Shown one piece after another: positions 39,564 to 54,200 of a stretch of 64,000 nucleotides of DNA (positions within the stretch are counted from its first letter, which is position 1; each line of letters begins with the position of its first letter). The translations under genes and the position numbers were made by a program. The DNA comes from Eledone cirrhosa (Eukaryota): NCBI GenBank assembly GCA_964016885.1, contig OZ024758.1, positions 36,270,001 through 36,334,000 of the forward strand, read 5' to 3'. The notes beneath the pieces are model-generated. The model had not been told where the DNA came from. It saw only the letters and a list, made by a program, of their open reading frames with translations, and ran no database searches.

Positions 39564-42299
39564 ATGGTATTAGCTGTCAGAAGTAACTCCAATGTTGGTG
39601 AGAATTCATTTAAGTTCATGGTATTAGCTGTCAGAAGTCACTCCACTGTTGGTGAGAATTCATTTAAGTTCATGGTACTAGCTGTCAGAAGTAACCCCAA
39701 TGTTGGTGAGAATTCATTTAAGTTCATGGTATTAGCTGTCAGAAGTCACTCCAATGTTGGTGAGAATTCATTTAAGTTCATGGTATTAGCTGTCAGAAGT
39801 CACTCCACTGTTGGTGAGAATTCATTTAAGTTCATGGTACTAGCTGTCAGAAGTAACCCCAATGTTGGTGAGAATTCATTTAAGTTCATGGTATTAGCTG
39901 TCAGAAGTCATTCCAATGTTGGTGAGAATTCATTTAAGTCATGGTATTAGCTGTCAGAAGTAACTCCAATGTTGGTGAGAATTCATTTAAGTTCATGGTA
40001 TTAGCTGTCAGAAGTCACTCCACTGTTGGTGAGAATTCATTTAAGTTCATGGTACTAGCTGTCAGAAGTAACCCCAATGTTGGTGAGAATTCATTTAAGT
40101 TCATGGTATTAGCTGTCAGAAGTCACTCCAATGTTGGTGAGAATTCATTTAAGTTCATGGTATTAGCTGTCAGAAGTCACTCCACTGTTGGTGAGAATTC
40201 ATTTAAGTTCATGGTACTAGCTGTCAGAAGTAACCCCAATGTTGGTGAGAATTCATTTAAGTTCATGGTATTAGCTGTCAGAAGTCACTCCAATGTTGGT
40301 GAGAATTCATTTAAGTTCATGGTATTAGCTGTCAGAAGTAACTCCACTGTTGGTGAGAATTCATTTAAGTTCATGGTATTAGCTGTCAGAAGTAACTCCA
40401 CTGTTGGTGAGAATTCATTTAAGTTCATGGTATTAGCTGTCAGAAGTAACTCCACTGTTGGTGAGAATTCATTTAAGTCATGGTATTAGCTGTCAGAAGT
40501 AACTCCAATGTTGGTGAGAATTCATTTAAGTTCATGGTATTAGCTGTCAGAAGTCACTCCACTGTTGGTGAGAATTCATTTAAGTTCATGGTACTAGCTG
40601 TCAGAAGTAACCCCAATGTTGGTGAGAATTCATTTAAGTTCATGGTATTAGCTGTCAGAAGTCACTCCAATGTTGGTGAGAATTCATTTAAGTTCATGGT
40701 ATTAGCTGTCAGAAGTAACTCCACTGTTGGTGAGAATTCATTTAAGTTCATGGTATTAGCTGTCAGAAGTAACTCCACTGTTGGTGAGAATTCATTTAAG
40801 TTCATGGTATTAGCTGTCAGAAGGAACGCCACTGTTGGTGAGAATTCATTTAAGTTCATGGTATTAGCTGTCAGAAGTAACTCCACTGTTGGTGAGAATT
40901 CATTTAAGTTCATGGTACTAGCTGTCAGAAGTAACTCCAATGTTGGTGAGAATTCATTTAAGTTCATGGTATTAGCTGTCAGAAGGAACTCCACTGTTGC
41001 TGAGAATTCATTTAAGTTCATGGTATTAGCTGTCAGAAGTAACTCCACTGTTGGTGAGAATTCATTTAAGTTCATGGTACTAGCTGTCAGAAGTCACTCC
41101 ACTGTTGGTGAGAATACATTTAAGTTCATGGTACTAGCTGTCAGAAGTAACCCCAATGTTGGTGAGAATTCATTTAAGTTCATGGTATTAGCTGTCAGAA
41201 GTCACTCCAATGTTGGTGAGAATTCATTTAAGTTCATGGTATTAGCTGTCAGAAGTAACTCCACTGTTGGTAAGAATTCATTTAAGTTCATGGTATTAGC
41301 TGTCAGAAGTAACTCCACTGTTGGTGAGAATTCATTTAAGTTCATGGTATTAGCTGTCAGAAGGAACGCCACTGTTGGTGAGAATTCATTTAAGTTCATG
41401 GTATTAGCTGTCAGAAGTAACTCCACTGTTGGTGAGAATTCATTTAAGTTCATGGTACTAGCTGTCAGAAGTAACTCCACTGTTGGTGAGAATTCATTTA
41501 AGTTCATGGTATTAGCTGTCAGAAGTCACTCCAATGTTGGTGAGAATTCATTTAAGTTCATGGTATTAGCTGTCAGAAGTAACTCCACTGTTGGTGAGAA
41601 TTCATTTAAGTTCATGGTATTAGCTGTCAGAAGTAACTCCACTGTTGGTGAGAATTCATTTAAGTTCATTCTATTAGCTGTCAGAAGTAACTCCACTGTT
41701 GGTGAGAATTCATTTAAGTCATGGTATTAGCTGTCAGAAGTAACTCCAATGTTGGTGAGAATTCATTTAAGTTCATGGTATTAGCTGTCAGAAGTCACTC
41801 CACTGTTGGTGAGAATTCATTTAAGTTCATGGTATTAGCTGTCAGAAGTCACTCCAATGTTGGTGAGAATTCATTTAAGTTCATGGTATTAGCTGTCAGA
41901 AGTAACTCCACTGTTGGTGAGAATTCATTTAAGTTCATGGTATTAGCTGTCAGAAGTAACTCCACTGTTGGTGAGAATTCATTTAAGTTCATGGTATTAG
42001 CTGTCAGAAGTAACTCCACTGTTGGTGAGAATTCATTTAAGTTCATGGTATTAGCTGTCAGAAGGAACTCCAATGTTGGTGAGAATTCATTTAAGTCATG
42101 GTACTAGCTGTCAGAAGTAACTCCACTGTTGGTGAGAATTCATTTAAGTTCATGGTATTAGCTGTCAGAAGGAACGCCACTGTTGGTGAGAATTCATTTA
42201 AATTCATGGTATTAGCTGTCAGAAGTAACTCCACTGTTGGTGAGAATTCATTTAAGTTCATGGTACTAGCTGTCAGAAGTAACTCCAATGTTGGTGAGA

Positions 42300-45200
42300 A
42301 TTCATTTAAGTTCATGGTATTAGCTGTCAGAAGGAACTCCACTGTTGCTGAGAATTCATTTAAGTTCATGGTATTAGCTGTCAGAAGTAACTCCACTGTT
42401 GGTGAGAATTCATTTAAGTTCATGGTACTAGCTGTCAGAAGTCACTCCACTGTTGGTGAGAATACATTTAAGTTCATGGTACTAGCTGTCAGAAGTAACC
42501 CCAATGTTGGTGAGAATTCATTTAAGTTCATGGTATTAGCTGTCAGAAGTCACTCCAATGTTGGTGAGAATTCATTTAAGTTCATGGTATTAGCTGTCAG
42601 AAGTAACTCCACTGTTGGTAAGAATTCATTTAAGTTCATGGTATTAGCTGTCAGAAGTAACTCCACTGTTGGTGAGAATTCATTTAAGTTCATGGTATTA
42701 GCTGTCAGAAGGAACGCCACTGTTGGTGAGAATTCATTTAAGTTCATGGTATTAGCTGTCAGAAGTAACTCCACTGTTGGTGAGAATTCATTTAAGTTCA
42801 TGGTACTAGCTGTCAGAAGTAACTCCACTGTTGGTGAGAATTCATTTAAGTTCATGGTATTAGCTGTCAGATGTAACTCCACTGTTGGTGAGAATTCATT
42901 TAAGTTCATGGTACTAGCTGTCAGAAGTAACCCCAATGTTGGTGAGAATTCATTTAAGTTCATGGAATTAGCTGTCAGAAGTCACTCCAATGTTGGTGAG
43001 AATTCATTTAAGTTCATGGTATTAGCTGTCAGAAGTAACTCCACTGTTGGTGAGAATTCATTTAAGTTCATGGTATTAGCTGTCAGAAGTAACTCCACTG
43101 TTGGTGAGAATTCATTTAAGTTCATGGTATTAGCTGTCAGAAGTAACTCCACTGTTGGTGAGAATTCATTTAAGTTCATGGTATTAGCTGTCAGAAGGAA
43201 CTCCAATGTTGGTGAGAATTCATTTAAGTCATGTTACTAGCTGTCAGAAGTAACTCCACTGTTGGTGAGAATTCATTTAAGTTCATGGTATTAGCTGTCA
43301 GAAGGAACGCCACTGTTGGTGAGAATTCATTTAAATTCATGGTATTAGCTGTCAGAAGTAACTCCACTGTTGGTGAGAATTCATTTAAGTTCATGGTATT
43401 AGCTGTCAGAAGTCACTCCAATGTTGGTGAGAATTCATTTAAGTTCATGGTATTAGCTGTCAGAAGTAACTCCACTGTTGGTAAGAATTCATTTAAGTTC
43501 ATGGTATTAGCTGTCAGAAGTAACTCCACTGTTGGTGAGAATTCATTTAAGTTCATGGTATTAGCTGTCAGAAGGAACGCCACTGTTGGTGAGAATTCAT
43601 TTAAGTTCATGGTACTAGCTGTCAGAAGTAACTCCACTGTTGGTGAGAATTCATTTAAGTTCATGGTATTAGCTGTCAGAAGTCACTCCAATGTTGGTGA
43701 GAATTCATTTAAGTTCATGGTATTAGCTGTCAGAAGTCACTCCACTGTTGGTGAGAATTCATTTAAGTTCATGGTACTAGCTGTCAGAAGTAACCCCAAT
43801 GTTGGTGAGAATTCATTTAAGTTCATGGTATTAGCTGTCAGAAGTCACTCCAATATGGTGAGAATTCATTTAAGTTCATGGTATTAGCTGTCAGAAGTAA
43901 CTCCACTGTTGGTGAGAATTCATTTAAGTTCATGGTATTAGCTGTCAGAAGTAACTCCACTGTTGGTGAGAATATATTTAAGTTCATGGTATTAGCTGTC
44001 AGAAGTAACTCCACTGTTGGTGAGAATTCATTTAAGTTCATGGTATTAGCTGTCAGAAGGAACTCCAATGTTGGTGAGAATTCATTTAAGTCATGGTACT
44101 AGCTGTCAGAAGTAACTCCACTGTTGGTGAGAATTCATTTAAGTTCATGGTATTAGCTGTCAGAAGTCACTCCAATGTTGGTGAGAATTCATTTAAGTTC
44201 ATGGTATTAGCTGTCAGAAGTAACTCCACTGTTGGTAAGAATTCATTTAAGTTCATGGTATTAGCTGTCAGAAGTAACTCCACTGTTGGTGAGAATTCAT
44301 TTAAGTTCATGGTATTAGCTGTCAGAAGGAACGCCACTGTTGGTGAGAATTCATTTAAGTTCATGGTATTAGCTGTCAGAAGTAACTCCACTGTTGGTGA
44401 GAATTCATTTAAGTTCATGGTACTAGCTGTCAGAAGTAACTCCACTGTTGGTGAGAATTCATTTAAGTTCATGGTATTAGCTGTCAGAAGTCACTCCAAT
44501 GTTGGTGAGAATTCATTTAAGTTCATGGTATTAGCTGTCAGAAGTCACTCCACTGTTGGTGAGAATTCATTTAAGTTCATGGTACTAGCTGTCAGAAGTA
44601 ACCCCAATGTTGGTGAGAATTCATTTAAGTTCATGGTATTAGCTGTCAGAAGTCACTCCAATGTTGGTGAGAATTCATTTAAGTTCATGGTATTAGCTGT
44701 CAGAAGTAACTCCACTGTTGGTGAGAATTCATTTAAGTTCATGGTATTAGCTGTCAGAAGTAACTCCACTGTTGGTGAGAATTCATTTAAGTTCATGGTA
44801 TTAGCTGTCAGAAGTAACCCCAATGTTGGTGAGAATTCATTTAAGTTCATGGTATTAGCTGTCAGAAGTAACTCCACTGTTGGTGAGAATTCATTTAAGT
44901 TCATGGTACTAGCTGTCAGAAGTCACTCCACTGTTGGTGAGAATACATTTAAGTTCATGGTACTAGCTGTCAGAAGTAACCCCAATGTTGGTGAGAATTC
45001 ATTTAAGTTCATGGTATTAGCTGTCAGAAGTCACTCCAATGTTGGTGAGAATTCATTTAAGTTCATGGTATTAGCTGTCAGAAGTAACTCCACTGTTGGT
45101 AAGAATTCATTTAAGTTCATGGTATTAGCTGTCAGAAGTAACTCCACTGTTGGTGTGAATTCATTTAAGTTCATGGTATTAGCTGTCAGAAGGAACGCCA

Positions 45201-48200
45201 CTGTTGGTGAGAATTCATTTAAGTTCATGGTATTAGCTGTCAGAAGTAACTCCACTGTTGGTGAGAATTCATTTAAGTTCATGGTACTAGCTGTCAGAAG
45301 TAACTCCACTGTTGGTGAGAATTCATTTAAGTTCATGGTATTAGCTGTCAGAAGTCACTCCAATGTTGGTGAGAATTCATTTAAGTTCATGGTATTAGCT
45401 GTCAGAAGTCACTCCACTGTTGGTGAGAATTCATTTAAGTTCATGGTACTAGCTGTCAGAAGTAACCCCAATGTTGGTGAGAATTCATTTAAGTTCATGG
45501 TATTAGCTGTCAGAAGTCACTCCAATGTTGGTGAAAATTCATTTAAGTTCATGGTATTAGCTGTCAGAAGTCACTCCACTGTTGGTGAGAATTCATTTAA
45601 GTTCATGGTACTAGCTGTCAGAAGTAACCCCAATGTTGGTGAGAATTCATTTAAGTTCATGGTATTAGCTGTCAGAAGTCACTCCAATGTTGGTGAGAAT
45701 TCATTTAAGTTCATGGTATTAGCTGTCAGAAGTAACTCCACTGTTGGTGAGAATTCATTTAAGTTCATGGTATTAGCTGTCAGAAGTAACTCCACTGTTG
45801 GTGAGAATTCATTTAAGTCATGGCATTAGCTGTCAGAAGTAACTCCAATGTTGGTGAGAATTCATTTAAGTTCATGGTATTAGCTGTCAGAAGTCACTCC
45901 ACTGTTGGTGAGAATTCATTTAAGTTCATGGTACTAGCTGTCAGAAGTAACCCCAATGTTGGTGAGAATTCATTTAAGTTCATGGTATTAGCTGTCAGAA
46001 GTCACTCCAATGTTGGTGAGAATTCATTTAAGTTCATGGTATTAGCTGTCAGAAGTAACTCCACTGTTGGTAAGAATTCATTTAAGTTCATGGTATTAGC
46101 TGTCAGAAGTAACTCCACTGTTGGTGTGAATTCATTTAAGTTCATGGTATTAGCTGTCAGAAGGAACGCCACTGTTGGTGAGAATTCATTTAAGTTCATG
46201 GTATTAGCTGTCAGAAGTAACTCCACTGTTGGTGAGAATTCATTTAAGTTCATGGTACTAGCTGTCAGAAGTCACTCCACTGTTGGTGAGAATTCATTTA
46301 AGTTCATGGTATTAGCTGTCAGAAGTCACTCCAATGTTGGTGAGAATTCATTTAAGTTCATGGTATTAGCTGTCAGAAGTCACTCCACTGTTGGTGAGAA
46401 TTCATTTAAGTTCATGGTACTAGCTGTCAGAAGTAACCCCAATGTTGGTGAGAATTCATTTAAGTTCATGGTATTAGCTGTCAGAAGTCACTCCAATGTT
46501 GGTGAGAATTCATTTAAGTTCATGGTATTAGCTGTCAGAAGTCACTCCACTGTTGGTGAGAATTCATTTAAGTTCATGGTACTAGCTGTCAGAAGTAACC
46601 CCAATGTTGGTGAGAATTCATTTAAGTTCATGGTATTAGCTGTCAGAAGTCATTCCAATGTTGGTGAGAATTCATTTAAGTTCATGGTATTAGCTGTCAG
46701 AAGTAACTCCACTGTTGGTGAGAATTCATTTAAGTTCATGGTATTAGCTGTCAGAAGTAACTCCACTGTTGGTGAGAATTCATTTAAGTCATGGTATTAG
46801 CTGTCAGAAGTAACTCCAATGTTGGTGAGAATTCATTTAAGTTCATGGTATTAGCTGTCAGAAGTCACTCCACTGTTGGTGAGAATTCATTTAAGTTCAT
46901 GGTACTAGCTGTCAGAAGTAACCCCAATGTTGGTGAGAATTCATTTAAGTTCATGGTATTAGCTGTCAGAAGTCACTCCAATGTTGGTGAGAATTCATTT
47001 AAGTTCATGGTATTAGCTGTCAGAAGTAACTCCACTGTTGGTGAGAATTCATTTAAGTTCATTGTATTAGCTGTCAGAAGGAACGCCACTGTTGGTGAGA
47101 ATTCATTTAAGTTCATGGTATTAGCTGTCAGAAGTAACTCCACTGTTGGTGAGAATTCATTTAAGTTCATGGTACTAGCTGTCAGAAGTAACTCCAATGT
47201 TGGTGAGAATTCATTTAAGTTCATGGTATTAGCTGTCAGAAGGAACTCCACTGTTGCTGAGAATTCATTTAAGTTCATGGTATTAGCTGTCAGAAGTAAC
47301 TCCACTGTTGGTGAGAATTCATTTAAGTTCATGGTACTAGCTGTCAGAAGTCACTCCACTGTTGGTGAGAATACATTTAAGTTCATGGTACTAGCTGTCA
47401 GAAGTAACCCCAATGTTGGTGAGAATTCATTTAAGTTCATGGTATTAGCTGTCAGAAGTCACTCCAATGTTGGTGAGAATTCATTTAAGTTCATGGTATT
47501 AGCTGTCAGAAGTAACTCCACTGTTGGTGAGAATTCATTTAAGTTCATGGTATTAGCTGTCAGAAGTAACTCCACTGTTGGTGAGAATTCATTTAAGTTC
47601 ATTCTATTAGCTGTCAGAAGTAACTCCACTGTTGGTGAGAATTCATTTAAGTCATGGTATTAGCTGTCAGAAGTAACTCCAATGTTGGTGAGAATTCATT
47701 TAAGTTCATGGTATTAGCTGTCAGAAGTCACTCCACTGTTGGTGAGAATTCATTTAAGTTCATGGTACTAGCTGTCAGAAGTAACCCCAATGTTGGTGAG
47801 AATTCATTTAAGTTCATGGTATTAGCTGTCAGAAGTCACTCCAATGTTGGTGAGAATTCATTTAAGTTCATGGTATTAGCTGTCAGAAGTAACTCCACTG
47901 TTGGTGAGAATTCATTTAAGTTCATGGTATTAGCTGTCAGAAGTAACTCCACTGTTGGTGAGAATTCATTTAAGTTCATGGTATTAGCTGTCAGAAGTAA
48001 CTCCACTGTTGGTGAGAATTCATTTAAGTTCATGGTATTAGCTGTCAGAAGGAACTCCAATGTTGGTGAGAATTCATTTAAGTCATGGTACTAGCTGTCA
48101 GAAGTAACTCCACTGTTGGTGAGAATTCATTTAAGTTCATGGTATTAGCTGTCAGAAGGAACGCCACTGTTGGTGAGAATTCATTTAAATTCATGGTATT

Positions 48201-51200
48201 AGCTGTCAGAAGTAACTCCACTGTTGGTGAGAATTCATTTAAGTTCATGGTATTAGCTGTCAGAAGTAACTCCACTGTTGGTGAGAATTCATTTAAGTTC
48301 ATGTTACTAGCTGTCAGAAGTCACTCCACTGTTGGTGAGAATACATCTAAGTTCATGGTACTAGCTGTCAGAAGTAACCCCAATGTTGGTGAGAATTCAT
48401 TTAAGTTCATGGTATTAGCTGTCAGAAGTCACTCCAATGTTGGTGAGAATTCATTTAAGTTCATGGTATTAGCTGTCAGAAGTAACTCCACTGTTGGTAA
48501 GAATTCATTTAAGTTCATGGTATTAGCTGTCAGAAGTAACTCCACTGTTGGTGAGAATTCATTTAAGTTCATGGTATTAGCTGTCAGAAGGAACGCCACT
48601 GTTGGTGAGAATTCATTTAAGTTCATGGTATTAGCTGTCAGAAGTAACTCCACTGTTGGTGAGAATTCATTTAAGTTCATGGTACTAGCTGTCAGAAGTA
48701 ACTCCACTGTTGGTGAGAATTCATTTAAGTTCATGGTATTAGCTGTCAGATGTAACTCCACTGTTGGTGAGAATTCATTTAAGTTCATGGTACTAGCTGT
48801 CAGAAGTAACCCCAATGTTGGTGAGAATTCATTTAAGTTCATGGAATTAGCTGTCAGAAGTCACTCCAATGTTGGTGAGAATTCATTTAAGTTCATGGTA
48901 TTAGCTGTCAGAAGTAACTCCACTGTTGGTGAGAATTCATTTAAGTTCATGGTATTAGCTGTCAGAAGGAACGCCACTGTTGGTGAGAATTCATTTAAGT
49001 TCATGGTATTAGCTGTCAGAAGTAACTCCACTGTTGGTGAGAATTCATTTAAGTTCATGGTACTAGCTGTCAGAAGTAACTCCACTGTTGGTGAGAATTC
49101 ATTTAAGTTCATGGTATTAGCTGTCAGAAGTCACTCCAATGTTGGTGAGAATTCATTTAAGTTCATGGTATTAGCTGTCAGAAGTCACTCCACTGTTGGT
49201 GAGAATTCATTTAAGTTCATGGTATTAGCTGTCAGAAGTCACTCCAATGTTGGTGAGAATTCATTTAAGTTCATGGTATTAGCTGTCAGAAGTAACTCCA
49301 CTGTTGGTGAGAATTCATTTAAGTTCATGGTATTAGCTGTCAGAAGTAACTCCACTGTTGGTGAGAATTCATTTAAGTTCATGGTATTAGCTGTCAGAAG
49401 TAACCCCAATGTTGGTGAGAATTCATTTAAGTTCATGGTATTAGCTGTCAGAAGTAACTCCACTGTTGGTGAGAATTCATTTAAGTTCATGGTACTAGCT
49501 GTCAGAAGTCACTCCACTGTTGGTGAGAATACATTTAAGTTCATGGTACTAGCTGTCAGAAGTAACCCCAATGTTGGTGAGAATTCATTTAAGTTCATGG
49601 TATTAGCTGTCAGAAGTCACTCCAATGTTGGTGAGAATTCATTTAAGTTCATGGTATTAGCTGTCAGAAGTAACTCCACTGTTGGTAAGAATTCATTTAA
49701 GTTCATGGTATTAGCTGTCAGAAGTAACTCCACTGTTGGTGTGAATTCATTTAAGTTCATGGTATTAGCTGTCAGAAGGAACGCCACTGTTGGTGAGAAT
49801 TCATTTAAGTTCATGGTATTAGCTGTCAGAAGTAACTCCACTGTTGGTGAGAATTCATTTAAGTTCATGGTACTAGCTGTCAGAAGTAACTCCACTGTTG
49901 GTGAGAATTCATTTAAGTTCATGGTATTAGCTGTCAGAAGTCACTCCAATGTTGGTGAGAATTCATTTAAGTTCATGGTATTAGCTGTCAGAAGTCACTC
50001 CACTGTTGGTGAGAATTCATTTAAGTTCATGGTACTAGCTGTCAGAAGTAACCCCAATGTTGGTGAGAATTCATTTAAGTTCATGGTATTAGCTGTCAGA
50101 AGTCACTCCAATGTTGGTGAGAATTCATTTAAGTTCATGGTATTAGCTGTCAGAAGTCACTCCACTGTTGGTGAGAATTCATTTAAGTTCATGGTACTAG
50201 CTGTCAGAAGTAACCCCAATGTTGGTGAGAATTCATTTAAGTTCATGGTATTAGCTGTCAGAAGTCACTCCAATGTTGGTGAGAATTCATTTAAGTTCAT
50301 GGTATTAGCTGTCAGAAGTAACTCCACTGTTGGTGAGAATTCATTTAAGTTCATGGTATTAGCTGTCAGAAGTAACTCCACTGTTGGTGAGAATTCATTT
50401 AAGTCATGGCATTAGCTGTCAGAAGTAACTCCAATGTTGGTGAGAATTCATTTAAGTTCATGGTATTAGCTGTCAGAAGTCACTCCACTGTTGGTGAGAA
50501 TTCATTTAAGTTCATGGTACTAGCTGTCAGAAGTAACCCCAATGTTGGTGAGAATTCATTTAAGTTCATGGTATTAGCTGTCAGAAGTCACTCCAATGTT
50601 GGTGAGAATTCATTTAAGTTCATGGTATTAGCTGTCAGAAGTAACTCCACTGTTGGTAAGAATTCATTTAAGTTCATGGTATTAGCTGTCAGAAGTAACT
50701 CCACTGTTGGTGTGAATTCATTTAAGTTCATGGTATTAGCTGTCAGAAGGAACGCCACTGTTGGTGAGAATTCATTTAAGTTCATGGTATTAGCTGTCAG
50801 AAGTAACTCCACTGTTGGTGAGAATTCATTTAAGTTCATGGTACTAGCTGTCAGAAGTCACTCCACTGTTGGTGAGAATTCATTTAAGTTCATGGTATTA
50901 GCTGTCAGAAGTCACTCCAATGTTGGTGAGAATTCATTTAAGTTCATGGTATTAGCTGTCAGAAGTCACTCCACTGTTGGTGAGAATTCATTTAAGTTCA
51001 TGGTACTAGCTGTCAGAAGTAACCCCAATGTTGGTGAGAATTCATTTAAGTTCATGGTATTAGCTGTCAGAAGTCACTCCAATGTTGGTGAGAATTCATT
51101 TAAGTTCATGGTATTAGCTGTCAGAAGTCACTCCACTGTTGGTGAGAATTCATTTAAGTTCATGGTACTAGCTGTCAGAAGTAACCCCAATGTTGGTGAG

Positions 51201-54200
51201 AATTCATTTAAGTTCATGGTATTAGCTGTCAGAAGTCATTCCAATGTTGGTGAGAATTCATTTAAGTTCATGGTATTAGCTGTCAGAAGTAACTCCACTG
51301 TTGGTGAGAATTCATTTAAGTTCATGGTATTAGCTGTCAGAAGTAACTCCACTGTTGGTGAGAATTCATTTAAGTCATGGTATTAGCTGTTAGAAGTAAC
51401 TCCAATGTTGGTGAGAATTCATTTAAGTTCATGGTATTAGCTGTCAGAAGTCACTCCACTGTTGGTGAGAATTCATTTAAGTTCATGGTACTAGCTGTCA
51501 GAAGTAACCCCAATGTTGGTGAGAATTCATTTAAGTTCATGGTATTAGCTGTCAGAAGTCACTCCGATGTTGGTGAGAATTCATTTAAGTTCATGGTATT
51601 AGCTGTCAGAAGTAACTCCACTGTTGGTGAGAATTCATTTAAGTTCATTGTATTAGCTGTCAGAAGGAACGCCACTGTTGGTGAGAATTCATTTAAGTTC
51701 ATGGTATTAGCTGTCAGAAGTAACTCCACTGTTGGTGAGAATTCATTTAAGTTCATGGTACTAGCTGTCAGAAGTAACTCCAATGTTGGTGAGAATTCAT
51801 TTAAGTTCATGGTATTAGCTGTCAGAAGGAACTCCACTGTTGCTGAGAATTCATTTAAGTTCATGGTATTAGCTGTCAGAAGTAACTCCACTGTTGGTGA
51901 GAATTCATTTAAGTTCATGGTACTAGCTGTCAGAAGTCACTCCACTGTTGGTGAGAATACATTTAAGTTCATGGTACTAGCTGTCAGAAGTAACCCCAAT
52001 GTTGGTGAGAATTCATTTAAGTTCATGGTATTAGCTGTCAGAAGTCACTCCAATGTTGGTGAGAATTCATTTAAGTTCATGGTATTAGCTGTCAGAAGTA
52101 ACTCCACTGTTGGTGAGAATTCATTTAAGTTCATGGTATTAGCTGTCAGAAGTAACTCCACTGTTGGTGAGAATTCATTTAAGTTCATTCTATTAGCTGT
52201 CAGAAGTAACTCCACTGTTGGTGAGAATTCATTTAAGTCATGGTATTAGCTGTCAGAAGTAACTCCAATGTTGGTGAGAATTCATTTAAGTTCATGGTAT
52301 TAGCTGTCAGAAGTCACTCCACTGTTGGTGAGAATTCATTTAAGTTCATGGTACTAGCTGTCAGAAGTAACCCCAATGTTGGTGAGAATTCATTTAAGTT
52401 CATGGTATTAGCTGTCAGAAGTCACTCCAATGTTGGTGAGAATTCATTTAAGTTCATGGTATTAGCTGTCAGAAGTAACTCCACTGTTGGTGAGAATTCA
52501 TTTAAGTTCATGGTATTAGCTGTCAGAAGTAACTCCACTGTTGGTGAGAATTCATTTAAGTTCATGGTATTAGCTGTCAGAAGTAACTCCACTGTTGGTG
52601 AGAATTCATTTAAGTTCATGGTATTAGCTGTCAGAAGGAACTCCAATGTTGGTGAGAATTCATTTAAGTCATGGTACTAGCTGTCAGAAGTAACTCCACT
52701 GTTGGTGAGAATTCATTTAAGTTCATGGTATTAGCTGTCAGAAGGAACGCCACTGTTGGTGAGAATTCATTTAAATTCATGGTATTAGCTGTCAGAAGTA
52801 ACTCCACTGTTGGTGAGAATTCATTTAAGTTCATGGTATTAGCTGTCAGAAGTAACTCCACTGTTGGTGAGAATTCATTTAAGTTCATGGTACTAGCTGT
52901 CAGAAGTCACTCCACTGTTGGTGAGAATACATTTAAGTTCATGGTACTAGCTGTCAGAAGTAACCCCAATGTTGGTGAGAATTCATTTAAGTTCATGGTA
53001 TTAGCTGTCAGAAGTCACTCCAATGTTGGTGAGAATTCATTTAAGTTCATGGTATTAGCTGTCAGAAGTAACTCCACTGTTGGTAAGAATTCATTTAAGT
53101 TCATGGTATTAGCTGTCAGAAGTAACTCCACTGTTGGTGAGAATTCATTTAAGTTCATGGTATTAGCTGTCAGAAGGAACGCCACTGTTGGTGAGAATTC
53201 ATTTAAGTTCATGGTATTAGCTGTCAGAAGTAACTCCACTGTTGGTGAGAATTCATTTAAGTTCATGGTACTAGCTGTCAGAAGTAACTCCACTGTTGGT
53301 GAGAATTCATTTAAGTTCATGGTATTAGCTGTCAGATGTAACTCCACTGTTGGTGAGAATTCATTTAAGTTCATGGTACTAGCTGTCAGAAGTAACCCCA
53401 ATGTTGGTGAGAATTCATTTAAGTTCATGGAATTAGCTGTCAGAAGTCACTCCAATGTTGGTGAGAATTCATTTAAGTTCATGGTATTAGCTGTCAGAAG
53501 TAACTCCACTGTTGGTGAGAATTCATTTAAGTTCATGGTATTAGCTGTCAGAAGTAACTCCACTGTTGGTGAGAATTCATTTAAGTTCATGGTATTAGCT
53601 GTCAGAAGTAACTCCACTGTTGGTGAGAATTCATTTAAGTTCATGGTATTAGCTGTCAGAAGGAACTCCAATGTTGGTGAGAATTCATTTAAGTCATGGT
53701 ACTAGCTGTCAGAAGTAACTCCACTGTTGGTGAGAATTCATTTAAGTTCATGGTATTAGCTGTCAGAAGGAACGCCACTGTTGGTGAGAATTCATTTAAA
53801 TTCATGGTATTAGCTGTCAGAAGTAACTCCACTGTTGGTGAGAATTCATTTAAGTTCATGGTATTAGCTGTCAGAAGTCACTCCAATGTTGGTGAGAATT
53901 CATTTAAGTTCATGGTATTAGCTGTCAGAAGTAACTCCACTGTTGGTAAGAATTCATTTAAGTTCATGGTATTAGCTGTCAGAAGTAACTCCACTGTTGG
54001 TGAGAATTCATTTAAGTTCATGGTATTAGCTGTCAGAAGGAACGCCACTGTTGGTGAGAATTCATTTAAGTTCATGGTATTAGCTGTCAGAAGTAACTCC
54101 ACTGTTGGTGAGAATTCATTTAAGTTCATGGTACTAGCTGTCAGAAGTAACTCCACTGTTGGTGAGAATTCATTTAAGTTCATGGTATTAGCTGTCAGAA